Shown: piece by piece, positions 19,463 to 28,282 of the stretch
How the letters are laid out: each line of letters begins with the position of its first letter
Position numbering within the stretch: position 1 is the first letter of the stretch
Virus record (IMG/VR): IMGVR_UViG_3300032277_000016
Location: 1 to 41,395 of that record
DNA from: a virus
Taxonomy: Duplodnaviria; Caudoviricetes
Length of the DNA stretch: 41,395 nt
Direction: 5' to 3' (one strand)
The notes under the pieces: model-generated
What the model saw: the letters and a program-made list of their open reading frames with translations, nothing else
Databases searched by the model: none
Told to the model about the DNA's origin: nothing
Translations under genes and position numbers: made by a program

Positions 19463-19962
19463 CAGGTTCCGCTATGCTGTAAAAATACGTTTATGTGTAA
19501 GTCATTAACAGTAACGAAAGTAGCGGGGCTCTGGATTACAGCCACCATAAACAAGCTATCCCCTTGGCTACCATTAGTAGATGCCTCAGGAAAAACTTCG
19601 TAGGGTATGTCCCGCTGATTTATATCAGGCCACGATACTTGACGTGTGCCATACGTTTTATGGTTACGGATCTCCATTAGCCCGATGAACTGATCATCTT
19701 GGGAACTTTGGAGAAAGAACTCACTATTGTCTATGGATAACGCCGCTGCTGCGTTAGAGAAAAATAGTAAGTCTAAATCAGCATTAACAAGCTCATTATT
19801 GAAAACACTAGCCCCTACTATTTTTCCGGAATGGATCCCCTTGATAGCTGCGCCTTGTAACTCCTGAGTACCCCCGATAGCTTGTCCAGCTACGTAAGCA
19901 CCAGCAGTGTTAACAAGGTTAAGCTGATAGGATGATACTGCTCCTCTAATCTTGTTAGTCAT
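19462..19962 (-). CDS. Putative virion beta-sandwich protein, paralogue of 21870-22385, no signal peptide
   Basis: Shares the TAGAY..G...GG...L.G, AD.D..F.S and .DN motifs with 21870-22385. Confidence 0.65.
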   Translation of the reverse strand: MTNKIRGAVSSYQLNLVNTAGAYVAGQAIGGTQELQGAAIKGIHSGKIVGASVFNNELVNADLDLLFFSNAAAALSIDNSEFFLQSSQDDQFIGLMEIRNHKTYGTRQVSWPDINQRDIPYEVFPEASTNGSQGDSLFMVAVIQSPATFVTVNDLHINVFLQHSGT

Positions 19963-19966
19963 AATT

Positions 19967-20980
19967 CTATCCTTGGTAGTACTCGTTACCTTCGTAGTAA
20001 GCTAAAGCTAAGCAGTTAACACTTCCAGGATCATTAGCTGTAGATCCATCTGCAAGAGTATGGACTAGCTCGAAGCTGTCTGTATCAACATTCTCGATAT
20101 ACGTACGACTATCATCAGCAGTCGCTACAGGTATAAGATTCCTGAAGGCTGGATCCGTAAGGGTAACCCTAAAGTTACCTACGCCTAAATCTGTAACTGT
20201 GCCGTAATCCCCGCCAACACTAAGCGAAGGCGTACCAGCAGCTACGCTTATCTGAAGAGGGATTAGTCTAGGTTTTAGGTGTGTAGCTTTTACAGCTCTC
20301 CATAACCTAGCATGCTCTGTTACAGAATCCGTACCCATTACATGCAAGTAGAAGTTACCGTCAGTAGCTACTTGTCCAGCAGTATTCAGAGAGATAATCG
20401 CAGATACATTATCTGAAGCAGTCTCTACCTCTACCGACAAAGCAGCATCTTTGGATATCCCAACTACGCTAGGAGCTATCCCGAAAGATGTAGTATACGT
20501 AATCTGGTACCTACCTGCTGACAGCCTAGTGATGGATGCATCAGCTGAACCAATAGCTAGTGATGGGCTCACACCGCCTACTACCTCTAGTCCTAAGTAC
20601 CTAGGCCGGTCTAGTACAGTCCTAATTCTCTGTGGTCTGACTAAATCTGTACTATCGCTCATCCAGCCAAACATAATGCTGTGCATGCGCGTATCAACAG
20701 CTGCGCCTAGATGGTTCTTAGCGCCAATGTCAATCTGTGTGATGGTTGCCCCTGAGGTAATCAGAGGATAGCCCCCGGCAATAGTATTATCTTGCGAAGC
20801 TACTACTACAGGGGCTCGATGATAGTTAGTACCCAGTACTAACCGCTGTACTCCTACAGCAGCACTACTATATGCACCGTGCAGAGCTCCAAATTCTGGT
20901 GTTACACCACCACCTGTATGTAAGCCTCGATAAGCCAGCATACGTGGTACTTGGTGTCTCTCTTCAATTGTTCTAAGCAT
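19967..20980 (-). CDS. Putative virion protein made of three ~110-aa beta-rich repeats
   Basis: Three units, each starting R.(I/V).....PR. Strong GGAGAG SD. Confidence 0.7.
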   Translation of the reverse strand: MLRTIEERHQVPRMLAYRGLHTGGGVTPEFGALHGAYSSAAVGVQRLVLGTNYHRAPVVVASQDNTIAGGYPLITSGATITQIDIGAKNHLGAAVDTRMHSIMFGWMSDSTDLVRPQRIRTVLDRPRYLGLEVVGGVSPSLAIGSADASITRLSAGRYQITYTTSFGIAPSVVGISKDAALSVEVETASDNVSAIISLNTAGQVATDGNFYLHVMGTDSVTEHARLWRAVKATHLKPRLIPLQISVAAGTPSLSVGGDYGTVTDLGVGNFRVTLTDPAFRNLIPVATADDSRTYIENVDTDSFELVHTLADGSTANDPGSVNCLALAYYEGNEYYQG

Positions 20981-21004
20981 CTCAGGTTCTCCTCTGGTTT
21001 ATGC

Positions 21005-21868
21005 TTAATGTCCGTATTTAGTTGCCAGCTCAGTATGCGAACTAAGCACCTCTGCCGCTGATAACTCTTTATCAAAATAGATAACTTCTGCGATGCGTCC
21101 GTTAAACTGACCTACTCCAGATGCATCTGCGCCTATGTGTACACTACGTGACCCTGCTATGGATGAGACTAAATCGTTATCTAAACTGGTGAGCCCATCA
21201 CCTACACCATCAACATAGAAAGTGTATCCTGCGTTAGATCCTGACGTGTCTTTAGTAATCGCTAGTGTGTATGTAGTACCTGCACTAAGTACAGTAGTAC
21301 CTGTAGCGGCCATGCCTTCGCCACCAGGCTTAGACATTTGAAACCAGACACGATCAGTATTGTATACTCCAAAGAACCATCCAGGATTAGCTGACTGCCA
21401 TCTGCTAGTGATTGTATGGAAACTGGTGTAGCCCGTAGCATTTACTACAGCGATTATTGACAGAGCATCAAACCTGTCAAAATCCATGTTAGTACCACCG
21501 GTCAGTACATTAGTACTACCGGAGTTAACTACAAACACGCTATTCAAACTGAGGCTACTAGGATTGTTCGTAGCCTCTACCATATTGGTAGACAAGCTAC
21601 CTTGGTCATTCCAGCGTTGTATAGGTTGTGCGTCTGCTGATACAGCAGTACTACCGCCTGTGTCTTGGAATAGATCTACCCCGCCTCTAAACCAAGAGAT
21701 AGGCCCAAGAGCAGCGATGCCTGTTAAAGCAGCGCCACCTTGTACCGCATCTGATCCGGAATCAACTACTGCTACCGTTACACCTCTATTAGGTCTACGT
21801 GCATCAGCTACGCTTACGAATAAGAACAGGCATATTACAACTGCGTATAGGGCTAGGAGTCTTTTCAT
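21005..21868 (-). CDS. Exported LamG/concanavalin A-like lectin-domain protein
   Basis: Start at ATG 21868 right after the upstream TGA. Signal peptide MKRLLALYAVVICLFLFVSVADA. Motifs W.DQG, FYVDG, IGA...FNGRIAEVIYFDKELSAAEV. Confidence 0.8.
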   Translation of the reverse strand: MKRLLALYAVVICLFLFVSVADARRPNRGVTVAVVDSGSDAVQGGAALTGIAALGPISWFRGGVDLFQDTGGSTAVSADAQPIQRWNDQGSLSTNMVEATNNPSSLSLNSVFVVNSGSTNVLTGGTNMDFDRFDALSIIAVVNATGYTSFHTITSRWQSANPGWFFGVYNTDRVWFQMSKPGGEGMAATGTTVLSAGTTYTLAITKDTSGSNAGYTFYVDGVGDGLTSLDNDLVSSIAGSRSVHIGADASGVGQFNGRIAEVIYFDKELSAAEVLSSHTELATKYGH

Positions 21869-21869
21869 A

Positions 21870-22385
21870 TCAGTCTTGTAGTACACATACCTTTAATACA
21901 ATGTCGCTAGTACTTGCATACGTAGGGGCAGCTCTAGCTACCAACTGTACAAAACCGTTTCTGCCGCTGGTCGCACTAATAGAGCATCCAACGTTACGCT
22001 GGAAGGATAACCCATTGTCATTAAAAGCTACGTGAGTGGTTACCGGAACATAACAAGTCGTAAGCTCATTATCAGAATCGCTAGGATCATATGCATTGTT
22101 ATCTCCTGCGGAAGTAACAGAAGCAGAATAGAATACAGCGTCGATATCAGCTCCCTGACTAGCTCTATCTGTAATAGTAACAGACGTAACAAGCGCTGAA
22201 CCGCTATCTCTAAATAGTCCTGATAGTGTAAGAAGACCGCCAACATTATCCCCTGAAGCATACGCGCCTGCTGTAATTGTTGGAGTAACACTTACACATG
22301 TTGATGCTGTTTTAATAGCTGTGTCGGCATGCACCGGCAACGCTACTAGCAATGATACGAATAAAGGAAAAATCTTTCTGAGCAT
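21870..22385 (-). CDS. Exported beta-rich protein (virion decoration-like)
   Basis: GGAGG SD 5 nt before ATG 22385. Signal peptide MLRKIFPLFVSLLVALPVHA. Four Cys. Confidence 0.75.
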   Translation of the reverse strand: MLRKIFPLFVSLLVALPVHADTAIKTASTCVSVTPTITAGAYASGDNVGGLLTLSGLFRDSGSALVTSVTITDRASQGADIDAVFYSASVTSAGDNNAYDPSDSDNELTTCYVPVTTHVAFNDNGLSFQRNVGCSISATSGRNGFVQLVARAAPTYASTSDIVLKVCVLQD

Positions 22386-22399
22386 AGTGCCCTCCATAG

Positions 22400-22431
22400 T
22401 TGAAGAGGAGGTATATATACCCCCTCTTCAA
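22400..22431 (-). promoter_or_regulatory. Intergenic stem-loop
   Basis: TTGAAGAGGAGGTAT/ATACCCCCTCTTCAA, 14 of 15 bp paired, no U-tract. Confidence 0.55.
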
Positions 22432-22438
22432 ATTCTTA

Positions 22439-23038
22439 TTAAGGTGACGCAACTGCTTCTATAGAGAACCAGTCAGTACCATCTACAGCTACGTAGATTC
22501 CTGTAGCTCCATCAAGAAGCTCATCAAGAGTATTAGCACCACCGTTATTGATCTCATCACCTGTAGCAGGGAATACCTGCAAATCCGTAGCGCCACCGCA
22601 AGCGCCCTCATTACGGATAACTAACAAGAGTCCATCTCTAGCAGCAGGCAGTACAACCGAATCGGCTGATGCGTCTGTGCAAGAAGTGACTACATTGTAA
22701 TCCGCAGTAAGTGCAGTAGCAGTACCCTGAGTTGTACCTGCCGCTGCTACAGCAGTTGCAGATCCGCTTCGAAGGATTTTAGAGGTTGCACTATGAGGTA
22801 ATAGGTCACCAGTGGATCCGTCAATCTCAAAACCTAGAGCTGAGCTTCCTTGGGAAGCTAGAAGCTTGATGTCTTGAGCACCTTGGGTACCAATGAACAA
22901 GCGACCTGAGCTGTTAGTATTAAGATAAAATAGATCGTTTCCGCTAAAGCTTTGCTGGGCCAAGGCGACACCGCCAAGGAGCAACAATACTGTAGCGATA
23001 AAGTAAATGCTTAAAAACTTCTGAAGGATATTTTTCAC
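22439..23038 (-). CDS. Exported capsid-decoration-like protein
   Basis: GGAGA SD 8 nt before GTG 23038. Signal peptide ending GGVALA. C-terminal AAGTTQGTATAL...VVLP...VFPATGDEIN..W motif resembles phage decoration proteins. Confidence 0.72.
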   Translation of the reverse strand: MKNILQKFLSIYFIATVLLLLGGVALAQQSFSGNDLFYLNTNSSGRLFIGTQGAQDIKLLASQGSSALGFEIDGSTGDLLPHSATSKILRSGSATAVAAAGTTQGTATALTADYNVVTSCTDASADSVVLPAARDGLLLVIRNEGACGGATDLQVFPATGDEINNGGANTLDELLDGATGIYVAVDGTDWFSIEAVASP

Positions 23039-23062
23039 TTTAGGATTCTCCATAAGAGTCAA

Positions 23063-23089
23063 TAAAAAGGGGGAAGTTTCCCTCCCCCC
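23063..23089 (-). terminator. Rho-independent terminator after the major capsid gene
   Basis: GGGGGAGG-GAAA-CTTCCCCC followed by TTTTTATT on the - strand. Confidence 0.85.
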
Positions 23090-23106
23090 AGACAATGACA
23101 GCAAAA

Positions 23107-24312
23107 TTAAGTAGACAGACCTGTTATTACACCTTGGAATGCTGGATGGATAAAGAACTCACCGTACCCACCGTAGCGAGCTTCGTAAGCATCTTCATCC
23201 TGCATTCGTAGGAATACAGTATTATCTTCATCAAACCATCCCCATCCTGGAGCTTGGTAGAATCTCATCTGATTCATATTCATAAGATTCACTCGATCAT
23301 CATTGATGAGTTGGTGAGGGATCATAGGAATATCGCCAGCATCAGATTCGAATAATGCGCCATTAAAACCCATCATAGACTTAAAGCGCTGATCTTTTGG
23401 ACGCATTGTGTAGCGCTTAAGATCTTCGTTCTGATTCTTGACTTTACGATACTGCACATAGCTCATATACATATGAGTAGGTGTCTTACGGTTACGTCGC
23501 TCCATCTCTAGAACTGACTCATTGAGCACTTCATGAGAGATAGTTTGACTATTAGGTACAGCCTTCTGAAAAGCCTTCCAGCGACGTTGTACTGAGATTG
23601 AGTACAAAGATCCGCTAGTAGCATCTGCTACAGACTTATAACCAGTAGGCACGTTACCTTGCGACTTTTGAAGGTATACAGCATTACCGTTTGCCGGTAC
23701 GTCTGCACCATCATTACGCTGACAAGTGAACGCTTTGTTATCAGGATCTACAGATTGAATCTCAAACTGTGATGTTCCTGTATCAAAGTTAATGTACTCT
23801 TGCTCTTCCCAGTTATGCTCGATCCAAGTGGCATCGCTAACTGTGATGGTATAGTTACCACCTGTGTTATCGACTACACCGGCAGAAGCAGCTACATCAC
23901 CTAGCTTGCCTTCACCCAAGAGAGCAATCTCCATATGGCGAGTGAACGAAAGCACAGTACGCTGAACCCATTCTTTGGTTCCTTGTACCCACGCGCCTTT
24001 GTCCTTAACGGCTTTTTTCATAGTACGTCGGTCAACCCGAAGACGCGCGTAGCAAGACTTGTCCTTGATGATCACTGATTCGTCATTTGTTACGTTAGTG
24101 TCCGGTAGTTGGCCAAACGCCACTGATCCGGCGAAAGTAGTGTTGACTGGGAACCGATGTTGGTCGCCGACAAACTCTACCGTCTTTTTCATTAATTGTG
24201 AGATTACTGGGAATGATGCGTTGAATGTCGCATCAGAAGGCATTCCGTAAGTCTCCTTAAACAAGTCGGAGACACCGGAGGTATCTATATCATATTTAGC
24301 ATTCTTTGCCAT
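23107..24312 (-). CDS. Major capsid protein
   Basis: 401 aa, follows portal and scaffold, followed by a terminator. HK97-like layout ending P..QGVITGL. Confidence 0.85.
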   Translation of the reverse strand: MAKNAKYDIDTSGVSDLFKETYGMPSDATFNASFPVISQLMKKTVEFVGDQHRFPVNTTFAGSVAFGQLPDTNVTNDESVIIKDKSCYARLRVDRRTMKKAVKDKGAWVQGTKEWVQRTVLSFTRHMEIALLGEGKLGDVAASAGVVDNTGGNYTITVSDATWIEHNWEEQEYINFDTGTSQFEIQSVDPDNKAFTCQRNDGADVPANGNAVYLQKSQGNVPTGYKSVADATSGSLYSISVQRRWKAFQKAVPNSQTISHEVLNESVLEMERRNRKTPTHMYMSYVQYRKVKNQNEDLKRYTMRPKDQRFKSMMGFNGALFESDAGDIPMIPHQLINDDRVNLMNMNQMRFYQAPGWGWFDEDNTVFLRMQDEDAYEARYGGYGEFFIHPAFQGVITGLST

Positions 24313-24314
24313 AA

Positions 24315-24369
24315 ACTAATCCTAGTTAAGTTAAAAGGTTTTACGTCTCTTAACTCTTCTAGGAGTAGT
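24315..24369 (-). promoter_or_regulatory. Hairpin covering the capsid SD
   Basis: ACUACUCCUAG/CUAGGAUUAGU (10 of 11 bp) plus AGUUAAGAG/CUUUUAACU stems. Confidence 0.5.
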
Positions 24370-24399
24370 CTAAGGCTGGACTTTCCTACGAGGAGCGTA

Positions 24400-25605
24400 C
24401 TACCAAGAATCCCCAAAAAGATCCTCAGCACTCTTATCGGTAAGGTCTAATCCTTTAGATGTCCGTGCTTTATTTGAGCTGGGCTTAAGCTTGACTTTTC
24501 GCTTTTTTCGTCTGGGCTTTGCTTTGCTCTTAACAGCAACTGCATCTAGAATATCACCGTACTCGTCGGGACTAATTACCGTCCCGTCAGGATCTTGAGC
24601 TTTAACAGCCTTGAACACTGCTAGCCTCTGTTCCTTCGATAAGTCTATACCCCTTTCTTCTGCAATGTCTAGGAATCTATTCATGATACGCCTGTTCAGC
24701 GAATGCTCTTGAACATCATCTACAGTTACTTTGCTAGAATCATTACCGTTATGCTCAAGCAGAACTTTGTAAGATTCCGCTATATCATCTTCTGAAATAT
24801 CATACTTATGAGCAAACTCTTCTAGCTTACGGGTATTTTCTATAGCTGCCTCTCTCTTATCGAGCTTGGCCATTTTACGAGTAGTGGAGCTATTTAGCGC
24901 CCTGGTTTTATGTTCGGCATATATCCTACGCTGCTCCGCTTCTGGCTGATCTACCAGCTGAGCAAAGAAGCTATTAAACCCATCAAAAATAGTATCGAAG
25001 AATTGCCCAGGCTCTAAGCCCATCATTTCCCCAAGAGCTTCCATAGAAGGTCCCATGTCTAAGTTCTTAGCATGCTCTAAAGATTCCTTTGCTAAGCTTA
25101 TAAACTGTGCCTCTTCTACTTCTTTCCTACTAATATCCTTTTCTTTATCGTTAAGGTCTTTAAGCTTTTTATCCCAAGCAACTTGTCCAGCGTAATTATC
25201 TTTTAGCTGCTTAAAAGTAGTTTTCCTAAAACGCCCATTAGCCTTAATTCTAAACACTGCATTTTCTGGGATGTCTACCTCTTCCCCATCAAACTTAGCT
25301 TTGTAGGTGATAGCAGACTCTTCATCGTCGATATCATCTTCATCGTCGACATCATCATCTTCATCGTCGACATCATCATCTTCATCGTCGACATCATCAT
25401 CTTCATCGTCGTCGGCATCTTCATCGTCGTCGGCATCTTCGTCGTCGACATCATCTTCATCGTCGATCTCCTCTGCATCTTCGATCTCCTCTGCATCACT
25501 ACCTAACTTAATAAGTACCTCTGGAACAGCCTCTTCTGCTTGTTCCCACATGCTATCGACTGTGGCAACGTCTGCGCTGTCCACTACTTCTTGTCCATCT
25601 GTCAT
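24400..25605 (-). CDS. Capsid scaffolding protein
   Basis: Acidic N-terminus, K.DGEE / IKANG...LKDNY..Q..WDKK motif, helical, located between portal and capsid. Confidence 0.8.
   Translation of the reverse strand: MTDGQEVVDSADVATVDSMWEQAEEAVPEVLIKLGSDAEEIEDAEEIDDEDDVDDEDADDDEDADDDEDDDVDDEDDDVDDEDDDVDDEDDIDDEESAITYKAKFDGEEVDIPENAVFRIKANGRFRKTTFKQLKDNYAGQVAWDKKLKDLNDKEKDISRKEVEEAQFISLAKESLEHAKNLDMGPSMEALGEMMGLEPGQFFDTIFDGFNSFFAQLVDQPEAEQRRIYAEHKTRALNSSTTRKMAKLDKREAAIENTRKLEEFAHKYDISEDDIAESYKVLLEHNGNDSSKVTVDDVQEHSLNRRIMNRFLDIAEERGIDLSKEQRLAVFKAVKAQDPDGTVISPDEYGDILDAVAVKSKAKPRRKKRKVKLKPSSNKARTSKGLDLTDKSAEDLFGDSW
25319..25497. repeat. Imperfect 18-21 bp tandem repeats encoding a poly-Asp/Glu tract
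   Basis: TCTTCATCGTCGACATCATCA repeated, plus TCTTCATCGTCGTCGGCA x2 and TCGATCTCCTCTGCATC x2. Confidence 0.9.
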
Positions 25606-25611
25606 TGTCGT

Positions 25612-27828
25612 TTACCCCTCTGGTGGTTGCTGTGTTTGCTGCTGTGCCTCAACCGGTTGTTGCCCTGCTACTACTTGTGGCCCTTGTGGTTGAGACTGTT
25701 GAGCTGCATTACCCTCTTGTAAAGGTACGCCTGCGCCTGCTGGAGCTTGCTGTTGTGGTGGCTCAGGAACTTTGTATACAGAAGGCCATCCATCCAGCGC
25801 TTGCAGCTTAGCTGAGAACCCTCTGCCGGTGATGGGCACCGTTCTCTCATGCATAAGCATTTCTGTTTGACCTAAGTGACTTAGTACGCGATCTTTAACT
25901 GTATCCGTAGAATTTTGGAACTTACGAGTTTGTACTAAGCGCATATGAGTTTGCCAATGCGCTACTAGATCTTCATAAGCCTCAGGATTAGCTACCTCTA
26001 TCTCCGATAGCATATCCTCATTCTCCATCTCTGCTTTTCTTATTGCAGCGACAGCGTGTGAGACGTACCGATCGGGCTGTGACATATCGAGCGCGTCCAG
26101 TACAAATGCATCTGGTACGAGTCCTGGGAATTCTTTTTTGAATTGTATAAGGAATTCGGTTTTACCTGAAAGAGTCTCCGGTAATGCTGAAGTAGATACA
26201 ATTCGTAATTCAAATGGGCCGGTGAGATCGGATCCTTTGATAGTCTCAACATCAATGGATTCGTCCTGGCCGATAACTTTGATAATGCGATCGGTATTTT
26301 CGTCATAGTGCTTACCTACAATATCCATCAGGTTCTGCCACACATCTAGTATGCCATTTCTGAACTTAAGTATAGCTGTACCGTCGCGCTTAGTCTCTTG
26401 TTCCTCTAGCTGCTGAATAGCAATAGACGAATCTAGCCTTTTGGGTACATCCCCAAACGATACAGGCTGCACACCGGCATTCTCTCTCATCTGCTTAAGG
26501 AGCAGATCCAGTATCTGGAACATCTCAGGTTTAAGTACTGAAAAGGTTTCCAGCCTAGGGGGTACTTGTCCTGTATACTCTACGATTGTAGCTAAGCCAG
26601 CTAGGTTAACATGGCTTGCCGCTTTTCTTGGCATAAGCCACTTAGGGTGAGCAGCATGGGCGAGAGCTTTGAGCATCAAGAACATGACGCCATCGTAGGC
26701 CCGATTAAGTTGCTTCACATTCTCAATAAAGCTCTTAGCTCTCTTCTCTGATGGTATATCAATATCAGTGAGCAAAGTAACAGGTACTTTATCTTTATTA
26801 TGGGGATGGATAGTATTCTCTACTACAGTATCTCCTACAAAAACTACCTTACGGCCTAAAGCTAAGTACTCAGTTTCCACATGGTACAGGGTGAACACAG
26901 GTATGCGCCCGTCTTCCTCTACAAGGTCTGATAACTCTACAGCTTCCCCATTCTCATCTTCTATGGGACTCACATCCCCGTACTTAGCTAGTACACTGTC
27001 TAGGTACCAACGATCTTCGACCATCTTATAATCGGCGTCTTCCCACTCTTTACCTATCTCCCAGCGCAACTGCCAAGGCCATTTAATCTTAAGCTCTGGA
27101 TCGCCTTGGTAACGCACCTTACTGGCATATATAGGTCGATCGTTATCGTCCGTGTCTCTAGCTATCACTTCTCTTGCAGGCTCAGGATTCGTATCTTCCT
27201 CTTCCGCTTTATCGAAAAGGTCATCTATAAGACCTTCGAACTCTGGATCTATTGGCCCTTTAGCTGCATTCCATTCTACCTGCATGCCGCATTCGCCAAA
27301 TACAAAGGTAGCTCTCTGCCACCTTTCCCATAAAGTATCTGTGCTGTTTACGTACTGGTAGTATTTAATGAACTTCTCAGCTACACGTGAGTTGTTTCTA
27401 GAATGGGGAGCATTGTTAGGGGGTATTGCTTTAATACCAACTTTATTAGCTGTAATTTTACTATTCTTCTGCTCTACGAGCTCATTGGTAATATTTATAG
27501 GGAAAGGTTTACGTTTAGTACGTACAGTCTCGCTTTCGGTGTTAGTTCTACTACGTTTTTGGTGTGACTGCTCAAAATGCTGACCGATATACATGCGTAG
27601 GTTGTCTACCCAATGCTCAGCGCGCACTTCCATCTCACGTGTGGTCTTATGTTGGAAGATTCTCTTCCACTCAGATAGTTTCGCGTGGTCGTTTAAGTCC
27701 AAGCTCCAGAAGGGTACTAGTTTCTTATCCCTATCGGTAGTACCGGGGATAGTTTGTCCTGGGTTATCCCAAAGACGTTCAAGATTAGTTGTACCACTAA
27801 GATCAAACTCATGACGGGAACGCGACAT
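25612..27828 (-). CDS. Portal protein
   Basis: 738 aa near terL. N.RMYIGQH, PINIT, AHPKWLMP, SSIAIQQLEEQE and a Q/P-rich tail, P22-like long portal. Confidence 0.88.
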   Translation of the reverse strand: MSRSRHEFDLSGTTNLERLWDNPGQTIPGTTDRDKKLVPFWSLDLNDHAKLSEWKRIFQHKTTREMEVRAEHWVDNLRMYIGQHFEQSHQKRSRTNTESETVRTKRKPFPINITNELVEQKNSKITANKVGIKAIPPNNAPHSRNNSRVAEKFIKYYQYVNSTDTLWERWQRATFVFGECGMQVEWNAAKGPIDPEFEGLIDDLFDKAEEEDTNPEPAREVIARDTDDNDRPIYASKVRYQGDPELKIKWPWQLRWEIGKEWEDADYKMVEDRWYLDSVLAKYGDVSPIEDENGEAVELSDLVEEDGRIPVFTLYHVETEYLALGRKVVFVGDTVVENTIHPHNKDKVPVTLLTDIDIPSEKRAKSFIENVKQLNRAYDGVMFLMLKALAHAAHPKWLMPRKAASHVNLAGLATIVEYTGQVPPRLETFSVLKPEMFQILDLLLKQMRENAGVQPVSFGDVPKRLDSSIAIQQLEEQETKRDGTAILKFRNGILDVWQNLMDIVGKHYDENTDRIIKVIGQDESIDVETIKGSDLTGPFELRIVSTSALPETLSGKTEFLIQFKKEFPGLVPDAFVLDALDMSQPDRYVSHAVAAIRKAEMENEDMLSEIEVANPEAYEDLVAHWQTHMRLVQTRKFQNSTDTVKDRVLSHLGQTEMLMHERTVPITGRGFSAKLQALDGWPSVYKVPEPPQQQAPAGAGVPLQEGNAAQQSQPQGPQVVAGQQPVEAQQQTQQPPEG

Positions 27829-27829
27829 A

Positions 27830-28279
27830 CTATCCTCCTAAATCTGAAACGCCTGAAATCAAGCTGTGTATCTCTTGCATATGATCCTGTACCGCTTCCT
27901 CCTGATCATCCTGCGCTTTCTTAAAGGCTGCTTCTATATTTTCTTGATTAAACTCTTTGCCCTGCATACCTGGCAGCATCCCCGATATTAAAAGCTCTAC
28001 TTTTTTAATGTGGTTATCAATAGATTTGTTTACTTGTAACTGGTATTTAATGGTTGTTTCTGAGCTTATTATCCCTACCCTAGCTTTCTCTATAAGTGTT
28101 TCAAGCTGTGCAGAGTTTAGCGACCTATCGTCACATGCACTTTCATAGTCTTGCTTGAAGAATTCAAACCTAGCTCTCATATAGGCTCGGTCATTCTGTG
28201 ATCTTTTATCTAACTTCCATACTGTTAGAACTAATGAGGCATTAACTAGTATGAGTATCCAAAAGTATATCTCTATCAT
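27830..28279 (-). CDS. Hypothetical protein with N-terminal membrane anchor
   Basis: IYFWILILVNASLVLTVW followed by a helical region. Lies between terL and portal. Confidence 0.7.
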   Translation of the reverse strand: MIEIYFWILILVNASLVLTVWKLDKRSQNDRAYMRARFEFFKQDYESACDDRSLNSAQLETLIEKARVGIISSETTIKYQLQVNKSIDNHIKKVELLISGMLPGMQGKEFNQENIEAAFKKAQDDQEEAVQDHMQEIHSLISGVSDLGG

Positions 28280-28282
28280 TGC

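Noticed and set aside
11631-23038. Diversity-generating retroelement acting on the lectin/C1q genes
   Set aside because: No reverse transcriptase, and no template/variable repeat pair was noticed.
22439-23104. ORF-track start at 23104
   Set aside because: It runs through the capsid terminator. GTG 23038 has a proper SD and exposes a signal peptide.
25275-25693. Met/Lys/Thr-repeat and poly-Ser ORFs, or a CRISPR-like array
   Set aside because: These are alternative-frame readings of the Asp/Glu tandem repeat in the scaffold, with no unique spacers.
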